Shown here: one piece after another, positions 7,908 through 15,594 of the stretch | Layout: the number at the start of each line of letters is the position of its first letter | How positions within the stretch are numbered: position 1 is the stretch's first letter | Assembly (NCBI GenBank): GCA_964576115.1 | Contig: CAZNUA010000016.1 | Coordinates: 50,956-70,955, forward strand | Direction of reading: 5' to 3' | Origin: an uncultured Gemmatimonadota bacterium | GTDB lineage: Bacteria; Blakebacterota; Blakebacteria; Blakebacterales; Blakebacteraceae | DNA: 20,000 nucleotides | Position numbers and translations under genes: made by a program | The notes under the pieces: generated by a model | What the model was told of the DNA's origin: nothing | What the model saw: only the letters and a program-made list of their open reading frames with translations | Database searches by the model: none

Positions 7908-10082
7908 TCACCCTCCCAGCGGACGGTAGCGGTAGACCAGGGCGGCCAGGTAGCCCCCCGCCAGGCCGAGGGCCGGCCGGTAGAGTTCGAGCCAGTACGA
8001 GTACTGCAGGTAGAGGAAGTATCCGGCGAAGAGGAAGAGTACCAGGAAGAGCACGATGTAGACACTGCCCCGTACCACCCGGAACAGCAGCGCCACCCAC
8101 CCCGCCGCGAGGGCGAGAAGGATCGTCAGGACGAAGCCCACCCCGTCACCCATGGCCCGCCCGTAGTCGCCACGCACCAGGTTCGAAAAGAGGGTGGCAT
8201 GCACGGCCGGCCCGGGCAGAGCGCCGGCGGGGGTGGCGTGTATATCCCCTGATCCCATGGCAGTAGTGCCGATGATGGCGATTCCACCGTCGAAGTACTT
8301 CGCCGGCTGGCCGACCCTCTCCTCGAGCACGTCGTAGTATGAGATCACCCGGAAGGGGGCGCCGTTGGGATCGGTCAGCGATGGGTACCACCGGATCAGC
8401 AGGTTGCCCGAGGTATCGATCGGCAGGCGGAAGGGCCCGGCCACCAGAGCCCGGCCCGGTTCGATGCTCAATTCGCTGTCGGGCACTCCCATGACATCGA
8501 GGAAGAGGCGGAAGGCCGCCGCGGGCAGGATCCGGTCGCCGTAGCGCACCAGCAGGGGCTGGCGCCGCACAACTTCGTCGAGATCGGGCCAGAGGTTGAT
8601 CAGACCAATACCCCGGCTGGCCTCGCCGAGGTTGGAAACGGGGCTCTGCAGCACGCGACCCCGACGCCGATCGGGCAGGGTTTCGGCCCCCGGTATGGCA
8701 TCGAGCGGAATCGAGGCCGCCTCGATCAGGGGTGAATTCTCCAGGCTGTCGATGGTCGACTCGAACACGAAGCCGGACCTGTCGAGCAGGGCGCAGGCGG
8801 TGTACCCCGCTCCGCTTTCGGCCAGGGCCCGGGCCAGAGCCCGGTCGCCGTCGGGACCGGGTTCGGGATCGAAGAAGAGCACATCGAAGAGAACCGCGGC
8901 ACAGCGCCAGCGGCTGAGTTTGTCGATCAGTTCGGCGTGCCGGCGGCGCGGCCAGCGGGCCAGTCGGCCGTACTTCAGCATGCTCCGGTCGTCTATCGTG
9001 ATGAGGTTCAAGCCGGTACCGGGATCGTACGCCGGGGTCAGGGCGCGGGCGACCGTGACCCGCGAATCGTAGAGGCGGCCCTCGAATTCGGCAAAGACAC
9101 GAGGCAGGATCAGATAGGAAAGGATCGCCACGAACGTCCCCATCGCCACTCCGGTCAGGACGGTGTTGCGCCGCCGCAGGTGACGGTGTGCCCGGCGACG
9201 CTCGGCAACCTCGGCGGGAACCCCTGCCCGTCCCGGGATCTGCGCTCCGGTGATGAGCCCCAGCCGGGTCTGGATCTCGATCAGGTCGGCTGCCACCTCC
9301 CCAGCCGAGGCGTAACGCCGGGCAGGGTCGCGTTCGAGCAGTCTGAGGATCACCTCCTCGAGCTGTTTCGGGAGTCCGGGGCAAAGCCGGCCGGGAGGGA
9401 TTGGATCGCGGTTGAGGACTGCTGTGACGTACTGCTCGAAGCTGTCCTTTTGAAATGGTGTTCGGCCGGTGAACATTTCATAGAAGGTGGCCCCGAGGCT
9501 GAAGAGGTCGCTGCGGGCATCAAGCTGTCCCCCCACGACCTGCTCCGGACTCTGGTAGCCGGGCGAGCCGATGATCGCTTCGCCCGGTTCGCGGGGCCCG
9601 GCAGCCGGCAGCCGGGCCAGCCCGAAGTCGGTGATCTTGACCCAGCCGCGGGCGTCGAGCATCAGGTTGTCGGGTTTGATGTCGCGGTGTACGACTCCAC
9701 GGAGGTGGGCTTCGGTCAGACCTTCAGCGGCCTGCCGGGCCCAGTCGAGGGCCTCTTCCAGGGGCAGGCCGGCCGGGGCCGAGTCCGCCAGGCGCTCGGC
9801 GATCGAGCCTCCATCGACGTATTCCATGACGATCAGGAGCCGGTCCTCGATTTCCTCGATCTCATGGATCTGGGCGACATTGGGGTGGTTGATTGCAGCC
9901 GCCGCCCGGGCCTCGGCTACCAGGCGGGCCCGGTGCCCGGGATCGAGTTCCTCGAGCAGGGGGGGTGTCTTGAGCGCCACCCGGCGGCCCAGTTCGCTGT
10001 CCTCGGCCAGCCAGACCACTCCCAGACCGCCCGCCCCGAGCTTGTCGGTGATCCGGTAGTGGCCGATCTGGCTGCCGATCAT
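7908..10082 (-). CDS. Hanks-type Ser/Thr protein kinase with TM helix, CHASE2 sensor domain and three C-terminal TM helices
   Basis: Kinase motifs GAGGLGVV, VALK, HPNV, HRDIKPDN, DFG, GSPGYQSPEQ, SDLFSLG. TM VLTGVAMGTFVAILSYLIL. CHASE2 motifs ITIDDRS...RWPRRRHAELI, FDVLF, DLDEVVRRQPL, IIGTTA...DIHATP...PGPAVHA. Three hydrophobic helices at the C-terminus. AAGGA precedes the ATG. Confidence 0.92.
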   Translation of the reverse strand: MIGSQIGHYRITDKLGAGGLGVVWLAEDSELGRRVALKTPPLLEELDPGHRARLVAEARAAAAINHPNVAQIHEIEEIEDRLLIVMEYVDGGSIAERLADSAPAGLPLEEALDWARQAAEGLTEAHLRGVVHRDIKPDNLMLDARGWVKITDFGLARLPAAGPREPGEAIIGSPGYQSPEQVVGGQLDARSDLFSLGATFYEMFTGRTPFQKDSFEQYVTAVLNRDPIPPGRLCPGLPKQLEEVILRLLERDPARRYASAGEVAADLIEIQTRLGLITGAQIPGRAGVPAEVAERRRAHRHLRRRNTVLTGVAMGTFVAILSYLILPRVFAEFEGRLYDSRVTVARALTPAYDPGTGLNLITIDDRSMLKYGRLARWPRRRHAELIDKLSRWRCAAVLFDVLFFDPEPGPDGDRALARALAESGAGYTACALLDRSGFVFESTIDSLENSPLIEAASIPLDAIPGAETLPDRRRGRVLQSPVSNLGEASRGIGLINLWPDLDEVVRRQPLLVRYGDRILPAAAFRLFLDVMGVPDSELSIEPGRALVAGPFRLPIDTSGNLLIRWYPSLTDPNGAPFRVISYYDVLEERVGQPAKYFDGGIAIIGTTAMGSGDIHATPAGALPGPAVHATLFSNLVRGDYGRAMGDGVGFVLTILLALAAGWVALLFRVVRGSVYIVLFLVLFLFAGYFLYLQYSYWLELYRPALGLAGGYLAALVYRYRPLGG

Positions 10083-10423
10083 GAGCCCAGATCCTTAATG
10101 AACATGATCTCACCGCTAGATTCCGGCGCCGTGACGCCGACGCAACAGGTAGTGTGACCGGAGGATAGCAGTTCCCCGATCACAGCCGCAGCCCCACCCC
10201 CTCGTGGTTCGCCTGCATGCTGCCATACTCATTGTCGGAGAACGACTTGCGACCCACAAGCTCGATTCGGATCTGATGGCATGCGGCTTGCGTGAACAGA
10301 TCTGTGCGCCGGAATGCATCCGGCGACCCGGCCGGACTGTCTTCATTGAGAAGCACAAAACCGACCGGGAAGAGAACGTGGATGATCAGGATCCCTGGTC
10401 GAACGGACGAGGAGGGATCTGCC

Positions 10424-11017
10424 ATGAAACGGAAAGGAACGAAACCGCGAAACGGACCGGGACGACACACCGGACTGACACTGCTGGCGGCGATAATGAC
10501 GATCGCACCGGCAACCGGCTGCTCGCACACTTACCGCCTCGGGTCAAACGGCATCACCGACCTGCCCTGGGCGGTCCGCAGCGAACTGCCCCGGGAGGGT
10601 ACCGTGGTGCACATCATCGAGACCGACGGGACCGGTCACCTGGTCCGCTCGGCCGCCCTGAGTGCCGACACCCTGTATTTCGCCCATCACCTGGCCACCT
10701 TCCCGGCTCCGTCGCTGAACGTCGATCCCCTGGCGGACAAATACCACAACGGGTACACCGACGGGGCCCGGGGAACCATCCCCCTGCGCAACATCGCCGT
10801 CATCCGGTTCCGGAGCCTGCGCAAAGGATTCGGGACGATGTTCGCGGCCGGGGCGGTACTCGGTTGCGCACCAGCTCTGGCGGGAGAGTGGGAAACAGTC
10901 CTGGTGACCGCTCCGGTGACCGGGGTCATCATCGGGGCGTTCATCCCGCGGCGAAATCTGGTCACGATCCAGTTTCAGCAGACCGAAGCCGATCCGACTG
11001 CCGTTCCGCCGCGTTGA
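10424..11017 (+). CDS. Hypothetical protein, probable lipoprotein with C-terminal Gly-rich hydrophobic segments
   Basis: GAGGAGG RBS at about 10409-10415 before ATG 10424, in frame with the 10292 ORF. Basic N-terminus MKRKGTKPR, hydrophobic LTLLAAIMTIA, lipobox-like ATG-C. GFGTMFAAGAVLG and VTGVIIGAFIP near the C-terminus. Confidence 0.7.
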   Translation: MKRKGTKPRNGPGRHTGLTLLAAIMTIAPATGCSHTYRLGSNGITDLPWAVRSELPREGTVVHIIETDGTGHLVRSAALSADTLYFAHHLATFPAPSLNVDPLADKYHNGYTDGARGTIPLRNIAVIRFRSLRKGFGTMFAAGAVLGCAPALAGEWETVLVTAPVTGVIIGAFIPRRNLVTIQFQQTEADPTAVPPR

Positions 11018-11040
11018 GAGGGAACCCCGTATACGCCTGA

Positions 11041-11069
11041 TTGATATACCGGGAGCAGTTGCCTATCCT
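11041..11069 (+). promoter_or_regulatory. Putative sigma70-type promoter of the KamA-like gene
   Basis: TTGATA (11041-11046), 17 nt spacer, TATCCT (11064-11069), ending 39 nt before ATG 11109. AGGA lies 7 nt before that ATG. Confidence 0.55.
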
Positions 11070-11108
11070 GAAGATGCGCAGACCCACCGCCCCGGCCAGG
11101 ATGAAAGT

Positions 11109-13292
11109 ATGCGGCGCGAGCACGAACTCGACGAAATCGCCATAAATGTCCACTCCCACAAGCTCCTCAACCAGCTTCTGCAGGAGAATCCCGAGCTCGA
11201 GGACATCATGCACAACTCGCGCAACGACACCGAGGCCCTGCTCGGGGTGCGCGAATGGGTGCTGCAGAAGGCCTCGCCGCGGGCATTGAAGCTCTACGAG
11301 AGCGAGCATACCGACCGCAAACTCTTCGAATCGCTGACCTGGAGCGATTACGCCACCATCCGGATCCTCGACTACATCGATCATGCCGACCGGGAATTCG
11401 AGGACCGCAACCTGCGCGGGCAGATCGCGGTGAGCAACCCGATCCGCATGATCTGGATGGCCGTGACCTACGGCACCGGCGGCGCCAAGCCGGCCTTCTT
11501 CATCGATATGGTCAAGCTCTTCCAGCAGTTTTCGGGCAAGAGCGATCGGCCGCAGACCCGCCGGGCCACCGTGCTCAAGTGGATGGAGCGCTACCCTTCG
11601 GGGCTCGATCCGAGGATCATCAAACTGCGCGACGAAAACCGGGAGCGGATCACCAATATCCTGATCGACCGGATCGACGCCGGCCAGATCCGCAGTTCCC
11701 GATACACTTTCGAGCCCGGGATGAGCCGGGAAGAGAAATTCGCGCAGATCGACGAGTGGTGGACCACGCCCGAGTTTCATCTGCGTTTCGCGATCCGCGA
11801 TCCCGACCTGCTGAACGAGATGCTCGGCAATTCGCTGGATCCCGATACGATGCAGGTGCTCTACGCGGCTCGCGACAAGGGCATCCCCTTCTTCGTCAAC
11901 CCCTACTACCTCTCGCTGCTGCACGTACGGGTGCCCTACTTTGCGATCGGGGCCGACCTGGCCCTGCGCTACTACGTCGTATACAGCCAGGAACTGGTGC
12001 GCGAGTTCGGGCACATCGTGGCCTGGGAGAAGGAGGACGAGGTCGAGCCGGGCAAACCGAACGCGGCCGGATGGGTGCTGCCCACCCAGTACAACATTCA
12101 CCGCCGCTACCCCGACGTGGCCATCCTCATTCCCGATACCGTCGGCCGGGCCTGCGGCGGGCTGTGCGCCTCGTGTCAGCGCATGTACGAGTTCCAGCGC
12201 GGCAACCTGAACTTCGATCTGGAGAAACTCAAGCCGGGAGAGACCTGGACCGAGAAGCTCGAACGCCTGATGGGGTACTTCGAGACCGACAGCCAGCTGC
12301 GCGACATCCTCGTGACCGGCGGCGACGCGCTCATGAGTTCTGACACCTCGCTCGAGATCATCCTCGACGCCATCTACCGCATGGCCGAGCGCAAGCGCGC
12401 GGCCAACGACAAGCGGCCCGATGGTGAAAAGTACGCCGAACTGCAGCGGGTGCGCATCGGCACCCGCCTGCCCATCTACCTGCCGATGCGGATCACTCCC
12501 GAACTGGCCCGTATCCTGGCCGATTTCAAGGCTCGGGCTTCTGAGATCGGGGTGCGCCAGTTCATCATCCAGACCCACTTCGAGGCTCCGCTCGAGATCA
12601 CCCCGGCAGTCGAGGAGGCGGTCGGCCGGCTCCAGGAGGCCGGCTGGCTGGTCACCAACCAGCTCGTTTTCACCGCCGCTGCATCGCGCCGGGGCCACAC
12701 CGCCAAGCTCCGCCAGGTCCTGGGGGAAATCGGCGTCCTGCCCTACTACACCTTCACCGTCAAGGGGTACATGGAGAACACCTTCAACTTCGCCCCCAAC
12801 GCCCGGGCGGTGCAGGAGGAGATCGAGGAGAAACGATTCGGCACGATTCCGAAGAAGTACCACGAACGGGTTCGCGACCTGCCGCTGGAGCCGGAGCAGG
12901 TTCGCGAGAATGTCGCCGAACTGCGCGATGACGCCGACCTGCCCTTCCTGGCCACCGACCGCAACGTTCTCAACCTGCCGGCGGTGGGCAAGAGCATGAC
13001 CTTCCGGGTGATCGGCATCACCCGTTACGGCCGGCGCATCCTCGAGTTCGACCACGACCGCACCCGGGCCCACAGCCCCATCATCGATGAGATGGGCAAA
13101 GTGGTCATCATCGAGTCGAAGTCGATCTCGGAATACCTGCAGCAGCTGGCCTCGATCGGCGAGGATGTCAGTGAATACGAGGGCCTGTACGGCTATTCGA
13201 TCGGGGAGACCGAACCGCGCCTGCCGCTGTACGAATACCCCGATTTCGACTTCGAAGTCACCGAGGAGATCACCAACCTGGAACTGGGGTAG
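11109..13292 (+). CDS. KamA-family radical SAM protein (lysine 2,3-aminomutase-like, long form)
   Basis: CxxxCxxC = CGGLCASC (12153-12176) preceded by HRRYPDVAILI. Also IPFFVNPYYLSL, DILVTGGDAL, RIGTRLP, QTHF, NQLV, GVLPYY and LPAVGK, which is equivalent to the PLP-lysine motif. Confidence 0.9.
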   Translation: MRREHELDEIAINVHSHKLLNQLLQENPELEDIMHNSRNDTEALLGVREWVLQKASPRALKLYESEHTDRKLFESLTWSDYATIRILDYIDHADREFEDRNLRGQIAVSNPIRMIWMAVTYGTGGAKPAFFIDMVKLFQQFSGKSDRPQTRRATVLKWMERYPSGLDPRIIKLRDENRERITNILIDRIDAGQIRSSRYTFEPGMSREEKFAQIDEWWTTPEFHLRFAIRDPDLLNEMLGNSLDPDTMQVLYAARDKGIPFFVNPYYLSLLHVRVPYFAIGADLALRYYVVYSQELVREFGHIVAWEKEDEVEPGKPNAAGWVLPTQYNIHRRYPDVAILIPDTVGRACGGLCASCQRMYEFQRGNLNFDLEKLKPGETWTEKLERLMGYFETDSQLRDILVTGGDALMSSDTSLEIILDAIYRMAERKRAANDKRPDGEKYAELQRVRIGTRLPIYLPMRITPELARILADFKARASEIGVRQFIIQTHFEAPLEITPAVEEAVGRLQEAGWLVTNQLVFTAAASRRGHTAKLRQVLGEIGVLPYYTFTVKGYMENTFNFAPNARAVQEEIEEKRFGTIPKKYHERVRDLPLEPEQVRENVAELRDDADLPFLATDRNVLNLPAVGKSMTFRVIGITRYGRRILEFDHDRTRAHSPIIDEMGKVVIIESKSISEYLQQLASIGEDVSEYEGLYGYSIGETEPRLPLYEYPDFDFEVTEEITNLELG

Positions 13293-13324
13293 ATTCTGGT
13301 CGCAGGAATTTCTTCTTCACATCT

Positions 13325-13355
13325 ACGGGCTGTCTTTTCCCAGGAGACAGCCCGT
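13325..13355. terminator. Stem-loop between convergent genes, likely terminator
   Basis: Perfect 11-bp inverted repeat ACGGGCTGTCT (13325-13335) / AGACAGCCCGT (13345-13355) with a 9-nt loop, in the 78-bp gap between convergent stops. There is no clear U-tract. Confidence 0.6.
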
Positions 13356-13370
13356 TCACATGATCCTTCG

Positions 13371-14606
13371 TCACGATATTTCCAGCCCCAGCAGGGTCAG
13401 ATCGTCATCCAGGGCGCGCCCCCCCTGCCAGTTGTGGGCCTCACCGGCAATGTCCAGGATACCGCTCTCGAAATCCCGGTCGCGGTGAGTTTCGACGGCG
13501 ACGATGAGGCGTTCGATCTCGAACAGCTCCCCCGCCTCGTTCTGCGCTTCGAGCAGACCGTCGCTGAAGAAGTAGAGCCGGTCGCCGGGTGAGAGCGAGA
13601 GGGTTTCGGTCTCGTATTCGGCTTCGGGCAGGAAACCTATCGGAGTGCCGGCGGTTTCTGGCTGGCGGGCAGGCCCGCCTGCGGGCAGGTGGATCAGACC
13701 GGGATGCCCGGCGGTGACATAGGTGAACTCCCGCGTGGAGAGGGTCAGAATGCCGTAGATCAGCGTGAAGTACTGCCCCACGGATGGATCGAGGGGAAAC
13801 TGCCGATTGAGCCGTCGGGCCACCCCGGCCGGATCGGTGATCACCGGCCCGCTCTCCGGCTCCGGCGAGGGGGTGCGCAGAACGGCGCGTTCGGGATCGG
13901 GGGAAAGCCAGCGGTGCAGGGTGACCGAGAGCAGAGCGGCCGGCACGCCGTGGCCGCTGACATCGAGCACGTAGACCGCCAGGTGGTCGTCGTCGAGACC
14001 GATCAGGTTGAGGGTGTCGCCGGCCAGCTCATCGCAGGGATCCAGCAGCCAGGCAGCCGCAACTCCCGGCATCTCCGGCCCCCGCTCGGGCAGGAGCGAC
14101 TGCTGGATCGCGGCCGCAGCTTCGAGGTCGCGCTGCATGCGCCGGTTGGCGTTCTCGAGCCGGACGTTCGCCTCGCGCAGGGCTTCCTCGGCTTCGCGCC
14201 GGCGGGTGACGTCGGACTGCACGCCGATGAAGTGGGTGACCTCGCCGGCCTCGTTGCGCAGGGCAGTGAGCGAGAGCCGGTTCCAGAAGGGTGTGCCGTC
14301 CCGGCGGTAGTTGAGCAGTTCGACCACGCAGGAGCGCCCTTCGGCGATCGCGGCCCGGATCTCCTCCAGACTCGCCTCATCTGTCTCCGGGCCCTGCAGA
14401 AAGCGACAGTTGCGGCCGATACTCTCGGCCTGCGAATACCCGGTGATCTCTTCGAAGCCATGGTTGACGTAGATGAGGGGATTGTCGGGCAGGCGGTAAT
14501 CGGTGATCGTGATGCCCTCGGCGGCCGAGGCCAGGGCGCGATTCTTGAGTGCGAGTTGATAGGGGAGTGGATCGCGGTCGAGATCTGACGAACCGGTGCG
14601 TGACAT
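13371..14606 (-). CDS. LOV (blue-light flavin PAS) domain - coiled coil - SpoIIE/RsbU-type PP2C phosphatase
   Basis: LOV: ITDYRLPDNPLIYVN.GF..ITGY, GRNCRFLQG (14391-14417), NYRRDGTPFWN, FIGVQSDVT. Coiled coil REANVRLENANRRMQRDLEAAAAIQQSLLP. PP2C motifs GD, DVSGHG, SDGL, DDDLT. Start placed at MSRTG (14606) after a GGAAGGA RBS; the 14657 start would overlap the upstream gene. Confidence 0.93.
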   Translation of the reverse strand: MSRTGSSDLDRDPLPYQLALKNRALASAAEGITITDYRLPDNPLIYVNHGFEEITGYSQAESIGRNCRFLQGPETDEASLEEIRAAIAEGRSCVVELLNYRRDGTPFWNRLSLTALRNEAGEVTHFIGVQSDVTRRREAEEALREANVRLENANRRMQRDLEAAAAIQQSLLPERGPEMPGVAAAWLLDPCDELAGDTLNLIGLDDDHLAVYVLDVSGHGVPAALLSVTLHRWLSPDPERAVLRTPSPEPESGPVITDPAGVARRLNRQFPLDPSVGQYFTLIYGILTLSTREFTYVTAGHPGLIHLPAGGPARQPETAGTPIGFLPEAEYETETLSLSPGDRLYFFSDGLLEAQNEAGELFEIERLIVAVETHRDRDFESGILDIAGEAHNWQGGRALDDDLTLLGLEIS

Positions 14607-14634
14607 GAACGGTTCCTTCCCGGGAACGTCCGGC

Positions 14635-15579
14635 TTACGGCACGAAGACGAGGGCACGCAGGAGCAGGCCCACGATCAGGCCGGCGGAGAAGAGCAGGTG
14701 CATCTGCACGTTACGCCCGGCGGCGGGTTTGAGAGCGTCGGGATCGTCATGCCCCGAGGCCAGAGTGCCCCAGATGCCGGGCAGCAGAAAGAGGTAGGGC
14801 ACCGCCGCCAGCAGGATAGGCCACCCCCCGTCGATGACGACCAGCCCCAGGACCAGGACATTGACGACGAGCAGGAGCTGGACCGCCAGGTAGAGCCGGG
14901 CGGTGAAGCGGGTGCCGCGCCGGGCCGCCGCTCCCAGCTTACCTCCCTGCCGGTCGGCATCGAGATCGATCAACTGGCCCATGATCAGGATCGAGAGGGT
15001 GCTGATACCGGTCATCGGCATGGCCGCCAGCACGGCCGGAGTAAAACCCACCCCCTGGCTGACCGCGGCTACCATGATCGCCATCGGCCCGAAGGCGAAC
15101 CAGACCGAGACTTCACCCCAGCCGCGGTAGGCCAGTTTGACCGGCGCGGCGGTGTAGTACTTGCTGAAGAAAGCCGAGAGCAGGTAGAGGATCCAGAGGT
15201 GGGGCCAGAGTGCGGGATCGATCACGACCGTCAGACCCGCGGTGGCCAGGGCGGCCACCACCAGGCTCGAGCGGGCGACGCGGTAGAGAACCGGCATCAT
15301 CTCGGGGTGGTCGAGCAGGATCCCCGAACCGCCGCTGAACTCGTTGCGATGAACGTTGACCCGGTCGGTGCCCTGCAGGGTGTCGTAGATGTCGTTGTAG
15401 ACGTTGGTGGCTGCGTGCAGGCCGATCCCCATGACGAGCACCAGGGCCAAACCGGTCAGGCTGAAGCTGCCCGAGACGATCACCGCCACCAGCGTCCCCG
15501 CAATGAGCGGGGCAAAGATGGAAGAGAGAAAGGGAGCCCGGATCATCCGGGCCAGGCCGGGGCGCTCGCCATTGGCCAT
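14635..15579 (-). CDS. UbiA-superfamily prenyltransferase, MenA (DHNA octaprenyltransferase)-like
   Basis: Polytopic membrane protein with first Asp motif NVYNDIYD..GTD, FSGGSG, YYTAAPVKLAYRGWGE and second motif QLIDLDADRQGGK. N-terminal RAPFL. GAGGAG RBS. Confidence 0.88.
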   Translation of the reverse strand: MANGERPGLARMIRAPFLSSIFAPLIAGTLVAVIVSGSFSLTGLALVLVMGIGLHAATNVYNDIYDTLQGTDRVNVHRNEFSGGSGILLDHPEMMPVLYRVARSSLVVAALATAGLTVVIDPALWPHLWILYLLSAFFSKYYTAAPVKLAYRGWGEVSVWFAFGPMAIMVAAVSQGVGFTPAVLAAMPMTGISTLSILIMGQLIDLDADRQGGKLGAAARRGTRFTARLYLAVQLLLVVNVLVLGLVVIDGGWPILLAAVPYLFLLPGIWGTLASGHDDPDALKPAAGRNVQMHLLFSAGLIVGLLLRALVFVP

Positions 15580-15594
15580 GGGACAACTCCTCGG

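Noticed and set aside
10204-11040. 278-aa plus-strand ORF overlapping the lipoprotein
   Set aside because: Arg/His/Pro-rich frame with no RBS. The 10424 frame has a strong RBS and a signal peptide.
11074-11145. 23-aa ORF (MRRPTAPARMKVCGASTNSTKSP) overlapping the KamA-like start as a leader peptide
   Set aside because: No regulatory codon run or attenuator structure is visible. Such short ORFs arise by chance.
10962-13073. 703-aa minus-strand ORF
   Set aside because: Antisense shadow of the KamA-like gene, as expected from high-GC3 codon usage. No recognisable motifs.
7908-14606. Ser/Thr kinase and LOV-PP2C as a cognate kinase/phosphatase pair
   Set aside because: They are in different transcription units separated by two opposite-strand genes. 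SpoIIE/RsbU-type PP2Cs normally act on STAS proteins phosphorylated by RsbW-type kinases, not on Hanks-kinase substrates.
14635-15579. Assigning the symbol menA (and kamA, ybjT, rsbU to others)
   Set aside because: Family membership is clear but orthology and substrate are not established from sequence alone.
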